Source: Octopus bimaculoides
Lineage: Eukaryota
DNA length: 61,525 bases
Reading direction: 5' to 3'
Assembly: GCF_001194135.2 (NCBI RefSeq)
Contig: NC_068994.1
Span: forward strand, 19,025,670 to 19,087,194
Positions 39,953-52,389 of the stretch are shown here, piece after piece. The notes under the pieces were generated by a model. That model was not told the DNA's origin. It saw nothing but the letters and a program-made list of their open reading frames with translations, and made no database searches. Position 1 is the stretch's first letter. Each line of letters begins with the position of its first letter. The position numbers and the translations under genes are program-made.

Positions 39953-40130
39953 TGTTTCTGGAAATAAAATTGGATCAACTAATCGTTCTAATGGTTCTGA
40001 AGTTTCAGCAAAGACATTGACCATAAGATGAAGAATTTCCTGGTTTACTTTATCCTCCAGTTGATAAAGTAAGTCAACAACTTTGTCACAGTCATCCTCA
40101 TAATTGTTACACAGCCTATTATAGCTGTCA
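39953..40130 (-). CDS. alpha-catenin-like gene, exon 7 (DSYNRLCNNYEDD...VNVFAETSEPLERLVDPILFPET); not in the ORF track
   Basis: ttttatatAG acceptor, ACA|GTAAGT donor, 178 nt, phase 2-0. 'VFAETSEPLERLV' matches alpha-catenin 'DSFLETNVPLLVLI' at the M1/M2 junction. Confidence 0.88.
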
Positions 40131-40269
40131 CTATATAAAAGAAAAGGAATATATCATATACAAATGAAAGAAAGAAGCACTCAATACATTTGGTTAGAAT
40201 TACATGTATTTAATAACAGTCTGACTCAGCCTCAGGGTTACATCCAGGAAGCTGACCTTTGTTAAGCTC

Positions 40270-41005
40270 ATACTCTTTTACTTGTTTCAGTCATTTGACT
40301 GCGGCCATGCTGGAGCACCGACTTTAGTCAAGAAAATCGACCCAGGACTTATTCTTTGTAAGCCTAGTACTTATTCTATCGGTCTCTCTTTGCCGAACCG
40401 CTAAGTTACGGGGACGTAAACGCACCAGCATCGGTTGTTAAGTGATGGTGGGGTGACAAACACAGACACACAAACACACATACATATATACATATATATA
40501 TATACATATATACAACGGGCTTCTTTCAGTTTCCGTCTACCAAATCCACTCACAAGACTTTGGTGAGCCCAAGGCTATAGTAGAAGACACTTGCCCAAGG
40601 TGCCACGCAGTGGAACTGAACCCGGAACCATATGGTTGGTAAGCAAGCTACTTANNNNNNNNNNGAAAATCGACCCAGGACTTATTCTTTGTAAGCCTAG
40701 TACTTATTCTATCGGTCTCTCTTTGCCGAACCGCTAAGTTACGGGGACGTAAACGCACCAGCATCGGTTGTTAAGTGATGGTGGGGTGACAAACACAGAC
40801 ACACAAACACACATACATATATACATATATATATATACATATATACAACGGGCTTCTTTCAGTTTCCGTCTACCAAATCCACTCACAAGACTTTGGTGAG
40901 CCCAAGGCTATAGTAGAAGACACTTGCCCAAGGTGCCACGCAGTGGAACTGAACCCGGAACCATATGGTTGGTAAGCAAGCTACTTACCACACAGCCACT
41001 CCTGG
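40270..41005 (-). mobile_element. Family-A SINE, partly duplicated across a 10-N gap
   Basis: Identical ~320-bp blocks on both sides of the gap at 40654-40663. Confidence 0.8.
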
Positions 41006-41283
41006 TAACAGTTATAGTTAGGACAAATATTTTGGAGATTCTTCCTGAATTTATTCATGACAAGGCTGTTCATATGGTTTGAGATAACTGGACCATCATC
41101 TTTATAAAAGACCAGTCTGTGGAGGTGTGTAAATTGTTTTAGGGGATCAAAGATGAATAACTCAATGACATCAGCAATCTCAACACTATCATAGCTCCCT
41201 ATGAATATGTCAAACAGTGGAATGCCTTCCATTTTCACCCAGTAGGGATCATCATGGAATACAAGTGATTTTGTAATATTCAC
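41005..41283 (-). mobile_element. Penelope-like RT fragment
   Basis: 'KSLVFHDDPYWVK...LFDIFIGSYDSVEIADVIELF...LVFYKDDG' corresponds to the PLE consensus 'FDVTMGSYDGAEVCELVG...GLYRDDG'. Confidence 0.75.
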
Positions 41284-41289
41284 AATGAT

Positions 41290-42760
41290 TCACAATGGTT
41301 AGTGAGAGCTGTGCGAGCCATGTACAGAGATGCTGCCAGTAAGGTGAGGGTTGGAAATGAGTACAGCAATGAATTCCGGGTAGAGGTAGGGGTCCACCAA
41401 GGTTCCGTCCTCAGCCCCCTCTTATTTATCATAGTCCTCCAGGCAATCACAGAGGAGTTCAAGACAGGTTGCCCCTGGGAGCTCCTCTATGCTGATGACC
41501 TTGCCCTAATTGCGGAGTCACTATCAGAACTAGAGGAGAAGTTTCAGGTGTGGAAGCAAGGTCTAGAATTGAAGGGCCTTAGAGTCAACCTAGCTAAAAC
41601 CAAAATCCTAATAAGTAGGAAGGTAGATAAAACACAAACCCCTTCAGGTAGATGGCCCTACTCNNNNNNNNNNNNNNNNNNNNNNNNNNNNNNNNNNNNN
41701 NNNNNNNNNNNNNNNNNNNNNNNNNNNNNNNNNNNNNNNNNNNNNNNNNNNNNNNNNNNNNNNNNNNNNNNNNNNNNNNNNNNNNNNNNNNNNNNNNNNN
41801 NNNNNNNNNNNNNNNNNNNNNNNNNNNNNNNNNNNNNNNNNNNNNNNNNNNNNNNNNNNNNNNNNNNNNNNNNNNNNNNNNNNNNNNNNNNNNNNNNNNN
41901 NNNNNNNNNNNNNNNNNNNNNNNNNNNNNNNNNNNNNNNNNNNNNNNNNNNNNNNNNNNNNNNNNNNNNNNNNNNNNNNNNNNNNNNNNNNNNNNNNNNN
42001 NNNNNNNNNNNNNNNNNNNNNNNNNNNNNNNNNNNNNNNNNNNNNNNNNNNNNNNNNNNNNNNNNNNNNNNNNNNNNNNNNNNNNNNNNNNNNNNNNNNN
42101 NNNNNNNNNNNNNNNNNNNNNNNNNNNNNNNNNNNNNNNNNNNNNNNNNNNNNNNNNNNNNNNNNNNNNNNNNNNNNNNNNNNNNNNNNNNNNNNNNNNN
42201 NNNNNNNNNNNNNNNNNNNNNNNNNNNNNNNNNNNNNNNNNNNNNNNNNNNNNNNNNNNNNNNNNNNNNNNNNNNNNNNNNNNNNNNNNNNNNNNNNNNN
42301 NNNNNNNNNNNNNNNNNNNNNNNNNNNNNNNNNNNNNNNNNNNNNNNNNNNNNNNNNNNNNNNNNNNNNNNNNNNNNNNNNNNNNNNNNNNNNNNNNNNN
42401 NNNNNNNNNNNNNNNNNNNNNNNNNNNNNNNNNNNNNNNNNNNNNNNNNNNNNNNNNNNNNNNNNNNNNNNNNNNNNNNNNNNNNNNNNNNNNNNNNNNN
42501 NNNGGTGGCACATAAAAGACACCATTTCGAGCGTGGCCGTTGCCAGTATCGCCTGACTGGCCTTCGTGCAGGTGACACGTAAAAGCACCTACTACACTCT
42601 CTGAGTGGTTGGCGTTAGGAAGGGCATCCAGCTGTAGAAACTCTGCCAAATTTAGATTGGAGCCTGGTGTTGCCATCTGGTTTCACCAGTCCTCAGTCAA
42701 ATCGTCCAACCCATGCTAGCATGGAAAGCGGACGTTAAACGATGATGATGATGATGATGA
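41290..42760 (+). mobile_element. 5'-truncated, relatively young RTE LINE spanning a gap
   Basis: Open 'VGVHQGSVLSPLLFIIVL...ELLYADDL...GLRVNLAKTK'; after the gap, the 3' UTR repeat, terminal module and (GAT)n. Confidence 0.92.
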
Positions 42761-43429
42761 TTCTGATATCAAAGTTCCTAATTCTGGTGAATTGTCTATC
42801 AGAGAAATACTTCTTAAGGCTTGAAATTTAGTGGTGGTGGGGTTAGTTGATTGCATTAACCCCAATGCAACAGGTACTTAATTTATCGACCTTGAAAAGA
42901 TGAAAACCAAAGTCAACTTCGGTGAAATTTGAACTCAGAACAAAAAGCCAAAAGATAAGGTTGCTAAGCATTTTATCCAGTGTACTTATGATTCTGCCAG
43001 CTTGCTACCCACCAAAGTAATAAAGAGAAAAATATATGAATGTAAGTACATAAAACACATATAGAAGACCCAAGAAGACATGGGATGAAGTCCTGAAGGA
43101 CAACCTCAGGACACTGAACTTTGACAAAGGACCAAAATATCTGATGCCTTGCTGTACTCCAAAAGACTTGTCTCCACAGCAGAAGTGCTAATGCTGCTAT
43201 CCCTGGAGTAGAGGATTGGCCTGCAAGAACCATGTGCTGGTGCCATGTAAAAAGCATTCATGCCAGTGCCATGTTAAAAGCATCCTGCACACATTGTAAA
43301 GTGTTTGGCATTAGGAAGAGCATTCAGTCATAGAAACCAAACCAAATCAGACTGGAACCTGGTGCAGGTCTGCTGCTTGCCAGCTCTGGTCAAACTGTCC
43401 GACCCATGCCAGCCTGGAAAATGAATGTT

Positions 43430-43474
<45 letters not shown>

Positions 43475-43594
43475 GTGTTTATATAGATACATGTACCTTC
43501 ATTTACACGTAGTGCAAGTATGTGTATGCATGTGTTTGTCACTATGAGAATGCAATTGAAATGTAATAAAAAAACAGAACAGAAGTATGCTTAC

Positions 43595-43668
43595 TTGCAG
43601 TATAAATCTTGAGTTTCTGCACTGACTGAATCTTGAAATTCATACAAGCTGTTTTTAGCTTCTAGAAG
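43595..43668 (-). CDS. alpha-catenin-like gene, exon 6 (LLEAKNSLYEFQDSVSAETQDLYC); not in the ORF track
   Basis: ttttctatAG acceptor, AA|GTAAGC donor, 74 nt, phase 0-2, which is the phase the next exon requires. Confidence 0.82.
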
Positions 43669-44938
43669 CTATAGAAAAGAAAAGTCAAAATTCAAGAAAA
43701 AAAAGCACATAAGTGTAAATAAAATGAAATATATTTGAAATCCTATTTTGATGCTTTATTTTAGAAATATCAAAAAGGAATAAGGAAAATAACATGATAA
43801 ATGTAGATAAGGCTATATACACTGAATAGCAGGTTTAACATCACCACCTAGTTGTTGGCTGCCTTTAGCAGAGTTAACTCTGATCCAAGCATACTGACCA
43901 GACTCCCAGATTCTCTCACATATTTCCAGCAGATTTTCAGGCTAAGTATCACCCATATTAATCTCAGCAGTGATTGAAGGATCTGTAAAGTTTATGGACA
44001 TTACCCATTTTTGCCTGACCAACACATAAATGCTGCAAAGCATTTTATCCAACGTGCTAATGATTCTGCCAGCTTGCTGCCCACCAATATTCAGTTGCTT
44101 CAACTAAGGCACATTAAAGACCCTTACCTTACTGATACTTCCAAGGGGACAAATGATAAAGTCAACCTCAGAATCTAGAGAGAAAAACTAACTACTGTAA
44201 ATACTTTTCATTCAAGGATATCTTCATCCATTCTTTCTAATGTACTTATAATATCTAATATGATTCACATTAAAATCTTAGCCATTAATTTATAATTTAT
44301 GGGTTTAATTTTGGCTGTAAATATCAAATCAAAGTATGGTATCTCATTATGGTGGATATATCTAAAATAGCCTCACTAAGGCTAAGTGACAGCTAAATAT
44401 ATATCTAAAGATATATTTAAAATAGCCTCTCTAAAGTTAAGTGACAGCTAAATAAGTGAGATACTTGTGAAGCTAGACTAGCACAATTTCATGCTACAGT
44501 TTAGTAACTGGAACCCCCCCCCCCAGCTAATTTGAGAAGCTCCACCATGCAATCAGTAATAGATGCATGGATTCATCAGTGTACCTATCCATCTTGTTCC
44601 AATCTCTATAGTAAAACTTTAGGTGTAGTTTATGATTTAGACAAAGTAAACTGATGTAGCTTGGAGTGTGTGGACCTCATAGGGTGGTCATTTATATATT
44701 TGTGTTTGCTGTAGTGAAAAATATGTGGTAGTTAGGAAAGAGGGCAGTCAATTTGGCTAGCATACAGGGTAGTTAAAACCCATGCTATGCTACTAATAAC
44801 ATATATTTCCAAAAAGTGATGAAAAATTAGGGCCATATTTGAAATTCTGAGTTTAAGAACATCCCAGTCTGTGAAATGGTTTGGCTTAACAAGGTGTGTA
44901 TTAAGCAGACCTGGTAACAAAAACAACAGGTGTCACAT

Positions 44939-45166
44939 TTAACCCTTTAGCATTCAAACAAGCCATGTCTGGCCCAAATATTCTACCTGCTTTGTGTTCA
45001 AACCAGCCAGATCCAGCCTTTCACACAAACCCTATATTGCCATTCTAAAAGTAAACAAACTCCTCATCAAAATCCCAAAGCTACAGTATAATACATGATT
45101 CATTCAAAACAATGTGAATAAACAAGCATTACATTTGACAGAGTAATCTGAATACTAAATGGTTAA
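44939..45166. mobile_element. piggyBac-type MITE, copy 3
   Basis: TTAA-CCCTTTAGCATT ... AATACTAAATGG-TTAA. Confidence 0.78.
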
Positions 45167-45477
45167 ACTTTATAACATTGAATTCAGTCAACATCAAGAA
45201 ACAAAGTATAAAGAACAAACAACTAAAAAAAACAATTCTTAGTTCTATGGAAAATGGGCACCAAGATAATATAGAACCTCTCTGTAGGCTGTAGGAACAC
45301 CGCATACCTGAAAACTGATTTTATTGATTTTTTTTCAGTGTTAAGTTCAATTTGTCCATGGACAAACCCTATGCATGAAGGAATGAAATGCTAACAACAT
45401 ACAGACTAAAATAGTTAAGATTTTGACATTTTACCAACAATAGTAGCAACCACAGGTAAAAATAAAATTGTTATTAC

Positions 45478-45624
45478 CTTAAGGCAAATATTGATCAGTG
45501 GACTTCTACGTTCTTCAACAATGAGATGAGCCACAAACATTGCATGTTTGATTAACAGGTAGATCCATGTTTCAAAATGTTGATCAAGGCTGGTCCAGTT
45601 TTCCTCAGTTAAAGCTGCTTTGGC
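45478..45624 (-). CDS. alpha-catenin-like gene, exon 5 (AKAALTEENWTSLDQHFE...EERRSPLINICLK)
   Basis: ttcAG acceptor, AAG|GTAATA donor, 147 nt, phase 0-0. Fits M1 'LEERLESIISGAALMAD...DDRRERIVAEC'. Confidence 0.85.
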
Positions 45625-46009
45625 CTGAAATATACACATACAAATACAATATAATACAATGCAAGCATGCATGCATACGCACATACATATGTATGTATGT
45701 CATTATTCAGTTTATTTCAAAATTTTTTGCCAATAGAGAAAGAACTGTTTTCTAACCTAGATCCAAGGTTCCTTCATTGGAATTTCAACATCAACAACAG
45801 GGTATTTTTGTTTGTTTGTTTGTTTGTATGTATGTATGTATGTATGCATGTATGTATGTATGTATGTATGTATGTACGTACGTGCGTGTAGATTTGTATG
45901 TTTTATGTATGTATTCCCATGGATATAGTTACATATCTAGACATGCTCATATATATTTAAATGATAAACTTCCGGAAAGTTTTACAGATTTTACAGTTTC
46001 TGTGATGGA

Positions 46010-46291
46010 TTAGATTTGTAGTCTTCGAATTACCTTTCTCCTTCCTGGTTTTGAGAAGTCTAATTTCTCAAGACTGGTATTTAGGCAGTGTGTTACATAT
46101 CCCAGGGTCCCAATAATTACAGATATAAACCTGAACTTGTAATCTGGATAGAGTAACATTAGATTCCTCAATAGTTCAGCATAGGTGTTCTCTTTCTCAC
46201 TGATCTTCAGCTTTATGTTAACACCCGCTGGGCAGCTAATTTCCACAACTGTGCAGTTTCTCTTCTCTACCCCAAATGAGCCACAGTGCAC
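46010..46291 (-). mobile_element. RLE-type non-LTR endonuclease 3' fragment
   Basis: 'CTVVEISCP...ISEKENTYAELL...VIIGTLG' has the layout of a PD-(D/E)xK RLE C-terminus. Confidence 0.65.
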
Positions 46292-46669
46292 TTGAGCACT
46301 ATATACAATAAACTCCTTATAATTATTTATTAAAAGATAGATCCTCGTTAATTTGTGAAGGAAGAGTTGAAGGAGATAAATCTATTTAAACAATATGTCA
46401 AAAAAAATTAACCAAATTTCTTTACTGGGAATTATGACTAAAGTTAAAAACAATTATAGCAGATATATAAACAAAAGGGAATGACCAACCAATCAAAAAA
46501 CTAGAATGACTTAAAAGTGAGATTCCTTTTTTCTTAAGATGGACAGAGAATAAAAAGCTCAAAGTGATTGGAAATATGTAAAAGAATTTTAAAATTTACA
46601 AAAATCTTACATAGATAGTGAGAAAAACAAACTACTTTCCAAAAAAATTTTTAATATTATTTATCATCA

Positions 46670-47400
46670 TCATCATCATCAAACATCCATTTCCATGCCA
46701 GCATCGGCCATAACTATGATCTCACTTCGTTTGACAGGTCATCTCAAGCACAGTATATTGACAAAAGTTTCAGTCACTTGTCACTGCCTCCATGAGGCCC
46801 TACATTCAAAGGGTGCTTTTTATATGCCACCAGCATGAGTGCCAGTTATGCAACACTGGCATCAGCCATAACTACGATTTCACTTGGCTTGATGGGTCTT
46901 CTCAAGCACAGCATATCTCCCAATGTTCAAAGGGTGCTTTTTATGTGTCAGCTACACAACACTGGCATCAACCACAACCGCAGTTTCACTTGGCTTGATG
47001 GGTCTTCTTAACCACAGCATATCACCAAAGGTCTTGGTCACTTGTCATTGCCTCCATGAGGTCCAACGTTCGAAGATCATGCTTCATCACCTCATCCATG
47101 TCTTCCTAGGTCTCCTTCTTCCACAGCTTCTTTCCACTGGTAGAGATCAACACTTCTTTACACAGCTGTCCCTGTTCATACACATTACATGACCATACCA
47201 ACACAGTCATCTCTCTTGTATACCATATCTGATGCCTCTTATACCCAACTTTTCTCTCAAGACACATTCTGTTGTACAAGCACACTGACATTGCACATCC
47301 AGCAAAGCATACTAGCCTCATTTCTTTCAAGCCTTCACATGCCCCTGATGGTCATTGCCCGTGTTTCATTGCTATGGAGCATGGCTGTTCATACACAAGC
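46670..47400 (-). mobile_element. RTE LINE 3' portion with duplicated 3' UTR repeats
   Basis: Matches 9130-9500 (RT C-terminus, 'RPRKTW' region) plus repeated gtggca/gcaccc units. Confidence 0.8.
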
Positions 47401-47547
47401 ATCATTATTATCATTATTATAAAATTGAATGGTATTTTACCATAATCTAGTACACTGAAATAATATTTAAAATTACATATAATACTAGTTTAGAATTTTA
47501 TAATAAATTTCTTGTAATCAAAAACGAAATGAAGAAAATTTACTGCA

Positions 47548-47750
47548 TTAACCCTTTAGCATTAAAACCAACCTAATCCAACCCAAATATTCTACCTATT
47601 TTATGGTCAAAGTGATCAGATCTGGCCCCTCAAACCTACCCTACAATGTCATTCTAAATATAAACAATTACATCTTCGAAATTTTGAAGCTATAGGATAA
47701 TGCATGATTAATTCATAACAATGTGAGTAAGCATTACATCTGACAGAGTT
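47548..47750. mobile_element. piggyBac-type MITE, copy 4 (right end missing)
   Basis: TTAA-CCCTTTAGCATT start and the same body as the other copies. Confidence 0.7.
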
Positions 47751-48164
47751 TTCAAAAGATAACAGCTGTAAACTTTCAAGCATCAAGCACTAACATAAAT
47801 TAAAATTCCATTATTACTTTCTAAAGTATTTGAGAAATCAATTAATTTTATGTAAAAATTTGAAGGAAACTTCCTTTGAGCTTTTCCTTGTATTTTATGC
47901 AAGCTAACAGTGTTTCAGTTGAATTTAACAATTTTTCTGTCACCTTTTTCAGGGACAGCTTGATGAACAGTCAATGGCATTGGAGAGCATAAAGATTAAA
48001 ATTGAAGGTGAGAAAAAGTTAGCTGACATGGAGGACTGGAAGCCATGTGAATATTGGAAAAAATTACTGGTACCAGGTAATTACAGGTAATTACAGGTAA
48101 TTACCTGTATCAAAAAGCTGACATCATGACTGCTGCTTAATGCTCTGTAAACACTGTAAAGGTT

Positions 48165-48790
48165 GTAAGATGTGACATGGACATCATGAAAACCAAGCTA
48201 CCCCAAACTGTGATGATCTTTGAGTGTGTCTCCAGTGAACATGAAGTCATGCTGCCCTACATCTTCAAACGGAGCCTTCAACTCAATTCAGCTGGCCAAA
48301 AGAAGCTGCTGGAAACTGTGATCAAACCCTGGCTGGAGAGGGTTACTGCTGGAAGGTCATGTATGTAGCAACAGGATTCAGTTCCTTGCCATACCTCCGA
48401 AAAGAGTCAGAAGTGGTTGCTGAAGAATTTCTATGACTTCACCACCCACAATTTCTGGCCTCCTAATTTCCTGATTTTGATCTCATGGATCACTGTGTGT
48501 GGGGTGTGATTGAGAAAAATACTAACTGCTCTGCTTGCAACTTCAAGGCCGAACTGATGGCCAAGATCAGAAAGGTGTTCAAAGATCTTCCAAGGGATAT
48601 AATGAGAAATGCATGTGCCAGGTGATGGAAACTTAGGCTTAGTTACTTTGAGTAAACTGTTATCTGTCAGCCATAATCTAGTTGGTATTTTTGATTTTTT
48701 TAAATACTCTTATTGCTTATTGGACAGGACATTGTGTTTTCTTTACCTTTTATGCAAACTGTAAAATGTAGCCCGTAATACCCTGCAATT
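48165..48790 (+). mobile_element. Tc1/mariner-superfamily (maT-like) transposase relic
   Basis: 'PQTVMIFECVSSE', 'TVIKPWLERV', 'QQDSVPCH', 'FWPPN(S)PD' frameshifted DDE motifs. Confidence 0.75.
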
Positions 48791-48866
48791 TAAATTGATA
48801 TTGTTAAAACCTCTCTACCTTTGAATAGGAAGAGAAATAATTATAGAATTAATAAACAATAGTTAC

Positions 48867-48998
48867 CTTTCCTAGAAGACTGATAAATTGTCCAGATTCA
48901 TTGCTTTCTGTTAAGTCCAATGGTAGCTTGTTCAAAACAGTATCGCTAATTAAAGTAATGGTATTAAGGATTTGATAGATCAAGAAATCTCGGTTAGC
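48867..48998 (-). CDS. alpha-catenin-like gene, exon 4 (ANRDFLIYQILNTITLISDTV...GQFISLLGK); not in the ORF track
   Basis: atAG acceptor, AAG|GTAACT donor, 132 nt, phase 0-0. Contains ANRD, as in alpha-catenin 'KANRDLIYKQLQQAVTGISNAA'. Confidence 0.88.
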
Positions 48999-50014
48999 CT
49001 ATATTTATAAGATAAGAACAAAATTAGTTGGTTAAACCAAGTTCAGTAAATATAAATATACATAAACAATTTTTAGTCTTACTGTGAAAATGCTTTTGAA
49101 CTACAGCACTGGTTACTAACAAGCCATTACTTCAGAAGCAGTCCCTGTATAACTAATTCAAATGCATTTGTGTCATCCGTTATGGTAATGCTAAAGGTAC
49201 ATGCCTTATTTTTGCATTGCCCAATAGATTTCAAATTTTGGCACAATGCCAGCTAGTTTGGGGGAGGAGTACGTTGATTATATTGATCTCAGTGTTTAAC
49301 TGGCACTTATTTTATCGACCTTGAAAGTTTGAAAGGCAAAGTAAACCTTGATGGAATTTGAATTCAGAATGTAAAGACAGAAGAAATGCTGCTAACCAAT
49401 TTGCCTGGTGTGCTAATGATTCTGCCAGCTCGCCACCTTAAAAGGAAAAGATGTCCAGAAGCAAAGTTAGACTGAACCAGAGACTAAGTGGTTACAATGC
49501 AGACTTCTTAATCGCACAGATATGCATACATGTGCAGCATTAACCAATATATTAATACTCTGTTTAGAAGAGTTGCTGTTGCAAAGATAAACAAGCTTGG
49601 AGATGAATTTCAGAAATCCTTTACATGGTAGATAAATGATAAAATGAAATTAATATATTCATGTTGGATATATATTTTTATATGTAAGTATATATGAATA
49701 TATTATATATTATTGGCTGGTTTGTTTCTTAGCTGCATCTCAAACAACAAGAACTCAGAATCAGTAATCACAGAATGTTTTCCCAATCTTATTTAGTGTC
49801 AATAGCCACACCACATTGAATCATGCGCCCTCTTGTGTCAGCATAGCTAAATATTCTGGCAATCTGTTTAGGACATATGTTGATGCTAAAATGAAAAAAA
49901 GGTTCTGACTTAATTCTAGAAAGCATTAGAACAGTGGTTCTCAACCAAGGTCCATATAAGATTTTGTTGTTAAAGTTTATCTGCAATAAACTGGTTATAC
50001 TTCAACAATACTCT

Positions 50015-50415
50015 CTTTTAGTCTTTTACTTGTTTCAGTCATTTGACTGTGGCCATGCTGGAGCACCGCCTTTAGTCGAGCAAATCGACCCCAGGACTTA
50101 TTCTTTGTAAGCCTAGTACTTATTCTATCGGTTTCTTTTGCTGAACTGCTAAGTTACGGGGACGTAAACACACCACCAGCGGTTGTCAAGCGATGTTGGT
50201 GGGGAGGGGACAAACACAGACACACAAACACACACACATATATATATACATATATACGACAGGCTTCTTTCAGTTTCCGTCTACCAAATCCACTCACAAG
50301 GCTTTGGTCGGCCCGAGGCTATAGCAGAAGACACTTGCCCAAGGTGCCACACAGTGGGACTGAACCCGGAACCGTGTGGTTGGTAAGGAAGCTACTTACC
50401 ACACAGCCACTCCAG
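50015..50415 (-). mobile_element. Full-length, young-looking family-A SINE in the intron between exons 3 and 4
   Basis: Near-consensus head, CORE-like motif, internal (TA)n and (tttac/ttta)n tail. Confidence 0.88.
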
Positions 50416-50590
50416 AAAATATTTTAATTTTTTATATAATTCCTAATATTTAATCATAAAAATGCAGTAAGATTTTTTTATACAGTGAATGGCTATGGAT
50501 GTCCAGTAGAGTGAAATAAGAATCAAAGGAGTCCAAAGGCAATTAGAATTTAATAATAAGAAAAGAGGATATGATGAAGGTGCAAACTAC

Positions 50591-50773
50591 CTCGGCTGAT
50601 TTGTTATTTGGTTCAGCAATACAAACTGTCAGGGCTTCTTGTAAAGTAGGAAGAGTCATTCTAATTGTATGTAAGCAGTTGGCAAGGAGGTCTTGAAGCT
50701 GCTGCTGTCCAGCAAGATTATCATGGTGTCTCATGCAGATCTTGTTTAGTAACAGTAACTCATCTGACAGCTC
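50591..50773 (-). CDS. alpha-catenin-like gene, exon 3 (ELSDELLLLNKICMRHHDNL...CIAEPNNKSAE)
   Basis: ttccAG acceptor, GAG|GTAGTT donor, 183 nt, phase 0-0. Fits catenin N2 'ACLQHPDVAAYK'. Confidence 0.85.
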
Positions 50774-52389
50774 CTGGAACCGAAACAACAAAAAGATTAT
50801 TAAAAAGAAACACAACAAAAAACAAAGACAAAACTATCAAAGACATATCTAATTAGAATTTAAGTAACTAATCTTTTGACATTTTTATTCTTTCCTTTCA
50901 AAGAAGATTTACAAAGAAGAAACAAATGCCAGATTTGTTAAGGAATGGATACAAAAGTGATGCATAGATTTGTATCTAAGATAAAGCAGTGGCTTCATCT
51001 CATATCTTAGTTTCTTTGCTGAATTCTTCCTTCACGGTGATAGTGTTGATGACTATATAGACCAATTAAATCAATCACATTTACAGTTGCAAAAAAAAAA
51101 AAAATGTGAATAAAGCAAGAAATTGATTAAGAAACATAAGCCGACAAGTCATAAATCTGTAAACACAAAGATTTGTGCACTTGAAAATCCCAACCACGTA
51201 TTCTAAACTTTCTAATCCAATTATTATACCAATTATACCGAGTTATCATCATCTTACAACAATTAATTCTGGCATAAGATGTTTAGACAAAAATTATTTC
51301 CAAGAAGGATTCATCATCATCATCATCATCATTATCTAATGTCTGTTTTCCGTGCTGGCATGAGTTGGATGGTTTGACTGAAAACTGGTAATCTGGGGAG
51401 CTGCACCAGGTTTCAATCTGATTTGGTATGGTTTCTACAGCTGGATGCCCTTCCTAATGCCAACCACTCCAAGAGTGTAGTGGGTGCTTTTTACATGCCA
51501 ATGGCACGTAACACTGGCATCAGCCATGACTACAATCTCACCCGGCTTGACAGGTCTTCTTAAGCACGGCATATTGCCAAAGGTCTCGGTCACTGGCTCC
51601 ATGAGGCCCAAAGTTCAAAGGGTGCTTTTTATGTGCCATATAATAAATCATCTATATTAGACTGATAGGGCCAGCTGTACAAACTTTCAAGACTTAGAAC
51701 ATGCAGTCCTGATCACAGGTTTTAGAGCTGCGGTAGAAGACTCATTTGTTACTGATGCTATGTTGAGTCTGTGGCAGCCACTCAAATCTGAGTAGCTTAA
51801 TCTACCCAGCTTATAACTTAGAAACGCAGGCATGAGGAACATTATATATTTGACTTGTAACAAACTCAAATTTTTTCTTCAGCCTACTGAAAGAGAAAAT
51901 GAAAGCTGAAACAACTAAACCACTCCCAAACAGATACCTGTGATTAGAAAAGACTCTGCATATCACTTGGGTACTTTATTGATCCATAATTGATTGTTTT
52001 TTAGTGTAACAGAGAGAATTCTTCAGTGTTGAATTATAATCTTACTCATTGGTCTGTTTAGTATTGATATTATTCATATTAGTTACTATACAATTGCTGT
52101 TAATGTTATTGTTAGAGCTGTTGGTGCTAATGGTGCTGTAGACTTTGTTATACTAATGACAAAGCATATGAAATACATAAATATAAAATATATTCTAGGA
52201 TCCAACAAAAGTAACGATGGATGTATTATTATAACGTCAATGCTAATGCTGGTGACTGTGGATGGTGGAACATATTGTTGTGATGATGGTGGTGGTGGTG
52301 GTGGTGGGGGTCATAATGGTATGTATCAAATAAAATATTCAAAAACAGAAGTTACTTGTTTCAGGAAAAATGGGCTTCCATTTATTATA

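Noticed and set aside
40331-40985. Exact ~320-bp direct duplication
   Set aside because: The copies flank a 10-N gap, so this is most likely an unmerged contig overlap.
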